A DNA stretch of 64,000 nt from the human T2T-CHM13v2.0 reference genome, Homo sapiens, in assembly GCF_009914755.1 (NCBI RefSeq), contig NC_060937.1; one strand, given 5' to 3'. Position numbers and translations under genes: made by a program. Each line of letters starts with the position of its first letter. The stretch's first letter is position 1. The notes beneath the pieces are model-generated. The model had not been told where the DNA came from, did not search any database, and worked only from the letters and a program-made list of their open reading frames with translations. Below, in pieces: positions 60,902 to 64,000 of the stretch.

Positions 60902-63900
60902 GCATGTGTTATATACTGTACATAAAATATGAAAGTACATCAAATATATATATTATTCTGTACAGAAAATTTCAAAGTACACCAGATATATATTCTATAG
61001 TGTACATAAAATATCAAAGTACCCAAACTATACATTATATACTGTTTTAAAATATGAAATTACATCAAATATATATTAGGTACATAAAATATGAAAGTAC
61101 ATCAAATATAGATTATATACTGTACATTAAATACCAAAGTACCCCAAATATATATTTTATACTCTACATGAAATATCAAAGTTCACAAACTATATATTAT
61201 ATACTGTACATAAAATATCAAAGTACCCAAGGTATATATTCTGTACTGTACAAAAAATAACAAAGTACCAAAAGCATGTATTATAAACTGTACATAAAAT
61301 ATGAAAGTACATCAAATATATATTTTATTCTGTACATAAAATATCAAAGTACACCAGATATATATTATATAGTGTACATAAAATATCAAAGTACCCAAAC
61401 TATACATTATATACTGTACATAAAATATGAAATTACATCAAATATATATTATATTAGGTACATAAAATATGAAAGTACATCAAATATAGATTATATACTG
61501 TACATAAAATATCAAAGTACTCCAAATATATATTATATACTCTACATGAAATATCAAAGTTCACAAACTATATATTATATACTGTACATAAAATATCAAA
61601 ATACCCAAGGTATATATTCTATACTGCACAAAAAATATCAAAGTACCCAAAGCATGTATTGTATACTGTATATAAAATATGAAAGTACATCAAATATATA
61701 TTTTATTCTGTACATAAAATATCAAAGTACACCAGATATATATTCTATAGTGTACATAAAATAACAAAGTACACAAACTATAAATTATATACTGTACATA
61801 AAATATGAAATTACATCAAATATATATTAGGTACATAAAATATGAAAGTACATCAAATATAGATTATATACTGTACATAAAATATCAATGTACCCCAAAT
61901 ATATATTTTATGCTCCACATGAAATATCAAAGTTCAGAGACCATATATTGTATACTGTACATAAAATATCAAAACACCCAAGGTATACATTCTATACTGT
62001 ACAAAAAATATCAAAGTACCCAAAGCATGTATTATATACTGTACATAAAATATGAAAGTACATCAAATATATATTTTATTCTGTACATAAAATATCAAAG
62101 TACACCAGATATATATTCTATAGTGTACATAAAATATCAAAGTACCCAAACTATACATTATATACTGTACATAAAATATGAAATTACATCAAATATATAT
62201 TATATTAGGTACATAAAATATGAAAGTACATCAAATATAGATTATATACTGTACATTAAATACCAAAGTACCCCAAATATATATTTTATACTGTACATGA
62301 AATTTCAAAGTTCACAAACTATATATTATATACTGTACATAAAATATCAAAGTACCCAAGGTATATATTCTATACTGTACAAAAAATATCAAAGTACCCA
62401 AAGCATGTATTATATACTGTACATAAAATATGAAAGTACATCAAATATATATTTTATTCTGTACATAAAATATCAAAGTACACCAGATATATATTCTATA
62501 GTGTACATAATATATAAAAGTACCCAAACTATACATTATATACTGTACATAAAATATGAAATTACATCAAATATATATTATATTAGGTACATAAAATATG
62601 AAAGTACATCAAATATAGATTATATACTGTACATTAAATACCAAAGTACCCCAAATATATATTTTATACTGTACATGAAATATCAAAGTTCACAAAATAT
62701 ATATTATATACTGTACATAAAATATCAAAGTACCCAAGGTATATATTCTATACTGTACAAAAAATATCAAAGTACCCAAAGCATGTATTATAAACTATAC
62801 ATAAAATATGAAAGTACATCAAATATATATTTTATTCTGTACCTAAAATATCAAAGTACACCAGATATATATTCTATAGTGTACATAAAATATCAAAGTA
62901 CCCAAACTATACATTATATACTGTACATAAAATATGAAATTACATCAAATATATATTATATTAGGTACATAAAATATGAAAGTACATCAAATATAGATTA
63001 TATACTGTACATAAAATATCAAAGTACTCCAAATATATATTATATACTCTACATGAAATATCAAAGTTCACAAACTATATATTATATACTGTACATAAAA
63101 TATCAAAGTACCCAAGGTATATATTCTATACTGTAGAAAAAATATCAAAGTACCCAAAGCATGTATTATATACTGTACATAAAATATGAAAGTACATCAA
63201 ATATATATTTTATTCTGTACATAAAATATCAAAGTACACCAGATATATATTCTATAGTGTACATAAAATATCAAAGTACCCAAACTATACATTATATACT
63301 GTACATAAAATATGAAATTACATCAAATATATATTATATTAGGTACATAAAATATGAAAGTACATGAAATATAGATTATATACTATACATTAAATACCAA
63401 AGTACCCCAAATATATATTTTATACTGTACATGAAATTTCAAAGTTCACAAACTCTATATTATATACTGTACATAAAATATCAAAGTACCCAAGGTATAT
63501 ATTCTATACTGTACAAAAAATATCAAAGTTCCCAAAGCATGTATTATATACTGTATATAAAATATGAAAGTACATCAAATATATATTTTATTCTGTACAT
63601 AAAATGTCAAAGTACACCAGATATATATTCTATAGTTTACATAAAATAACAAAGTACAAAAACTATAAATTATATACTGTACATAAAATATGAAATTACA
63701 TCAAATATATATTAGGTACATAAAATATGAAAGTACATCAAATATAGATTATATACTGTACATAAAATATCAATGTACCCCAAATATATGTTTTATACTC
63801 TACATGAAATATCAAAGTTCACAAACCATATATTATATACTGTACATAAAATATCAAATTACCCAAGGTATATATTCTATACTGTACAAAAAATATCAAA

Positions 63901-64000
63901 GTAACCAAAGCATCTATTATATATTGTACATAAAATATGAAAGTATATCAAATATATATTTTATTCTGTACATAAAATATCAAAGTACACCAGATATATA
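60902..64000 (+). repeat. Outer layer, right side: same sub-family as 8.5-14 kb
   Basis: Return of 'aaaaatatcaaagtacccaaagcatg', the 5-bp deletion allele (~61078, 61829, 63714), 'caatgtacccc' (~61887, 63771) and 'aaataacaaagtacacaaactataaatt' (~61760). Confidence 0.82.

Larger units (their letters stand above)
1..64000 (+). repeat. Human satellite 1A (HSat1A / SAR)-type tandem array, 42-bp monomer, roughly 1,500 monomers, running off both window edges
   Basis: Seen: a continuous head-to-tail 42-bp unit, e.g. tgtacataaaatatcaaagtacccaaactatacattatatac, with GTAC sites splitting it into 17-bp (acataaaatatcaaagt) and 25-bp (acccaaactatacattatatactgt) parts. GC is about 21% in the consensus and orientation is the same throughout. 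Established: a 42-bp monomer of 17+25 bp RsaI subunits with a 378-bp 9-mer defines classical human satellite 1A. The family was recognised from memory, not by database search. Confidence 0.93.
1..64000 (+). repeat. 378-bp higher-order repeat made of 9 distinguishable 42-bp monomers (M1-M9)
   Basis: The once-per-unit landmark 'aagcatgta' recurs at 378-bp steps (1476, 1854, 2232; 17299 to 24103 = 18 x 378). ORF starts in the track step by 378 (32084, 32462, 32840, 33218; 34050, 34428, 34806). Confidence 0.97.

Noticed and set aside
53-63649. The many ORFs in the six-frame track as protein-coding genes or a repeat-protein family
   Set aside because: They are all translations of the same 42-bp unit (14 codons). 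Their ends are set by satellite point variants and indels, stops are near-fixed in the most amplified units, and there is no recognisable domain or gene structure.
1-64000. CRISPR-like array (conserved 17-bp part alternating with a variable 25-bp part)
   Set aside because: The variable parts are homologous to one another and cycle with period 9 instead of being unique spacers. There is no leader and no cas gene.
1-64000. Alpha satellite, CENP-B boxes, HSat2/3 or HSat1B
   Set aside because: There is no 171-bp period, no CpG-containing CENP-B box, no CATTC repeats and no Alu-derived segment in a ~2.4-kb unit.
1-64000. TATA-box or promoter calls from abundant TATATA/TATAAA strings
   Set aside because: These are expected from base composition and repeat structure, with no downstream gene or other support.
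1-64000. Steroid-receptor response elements from TGTACA/GGTACA half-sites
   Set aside because: The half-sites are not arranged as inverted repeats with a 3-bp spacer in the consensus.
1-64000. Assignment to a specific chromosome or species
   Set aside because: There is no unique flanking sequence and HSat1A occurs on several human chromosomes. Placement needs alignment to complete assemblies, which I cannot run.

Overview
The whole 64 kb window is one uninterrupted, single-orientation, AT-rich tandem satellite array (about 79% AT by hand count of the consensus unit). The monomer is 42 bp and is organised into a 378-bp 9-monomer higher-order repeat (HOR). Monomer length, the 17+25 bp GTAC-delimited subunits and the 378-bp HOR match human satellite 1A (HSat1A/SAR), so this is most likely human or hominoid (peri)centromeric or acrocentric heterochromatin. 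I see no credible gene, RNA gene, transposon, CRISPR array or unique sequence; all listed ORFs are translations of the repeat (42 bp = 14 codons). I found no evidence of a new protein-coding system. What is notable is the internal architecture. There is a distinct left domain (1 to ~8.4 kb) followed by concentric layers of HOR variants around a homogeneous core. HOR length variants include 8-, 11-, 13- and 17-mers, a 373-bp unit and a 126-bp deletion. Local super-periods of 2181, 2268, 2982, 3023 and 4023 bp are present. The + strand also carries a very high density of motifs matching Pumilio elements and poly(A) signals, which is a testable hypothesis only. Monomer labels used below: M1 (..aaagcatg..), M2 (..ttttattctg..), M3 (..caccagat..), M4 (..actatacatt..), M5 (aattacatc..ttagg), M6 (..atagatt..), M7 (..cccc..catg), M8 (..ttcacaaac..), M9 (..caaggt..caaaaaa). 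All coordinates were read by eye and may be off by a few bases.
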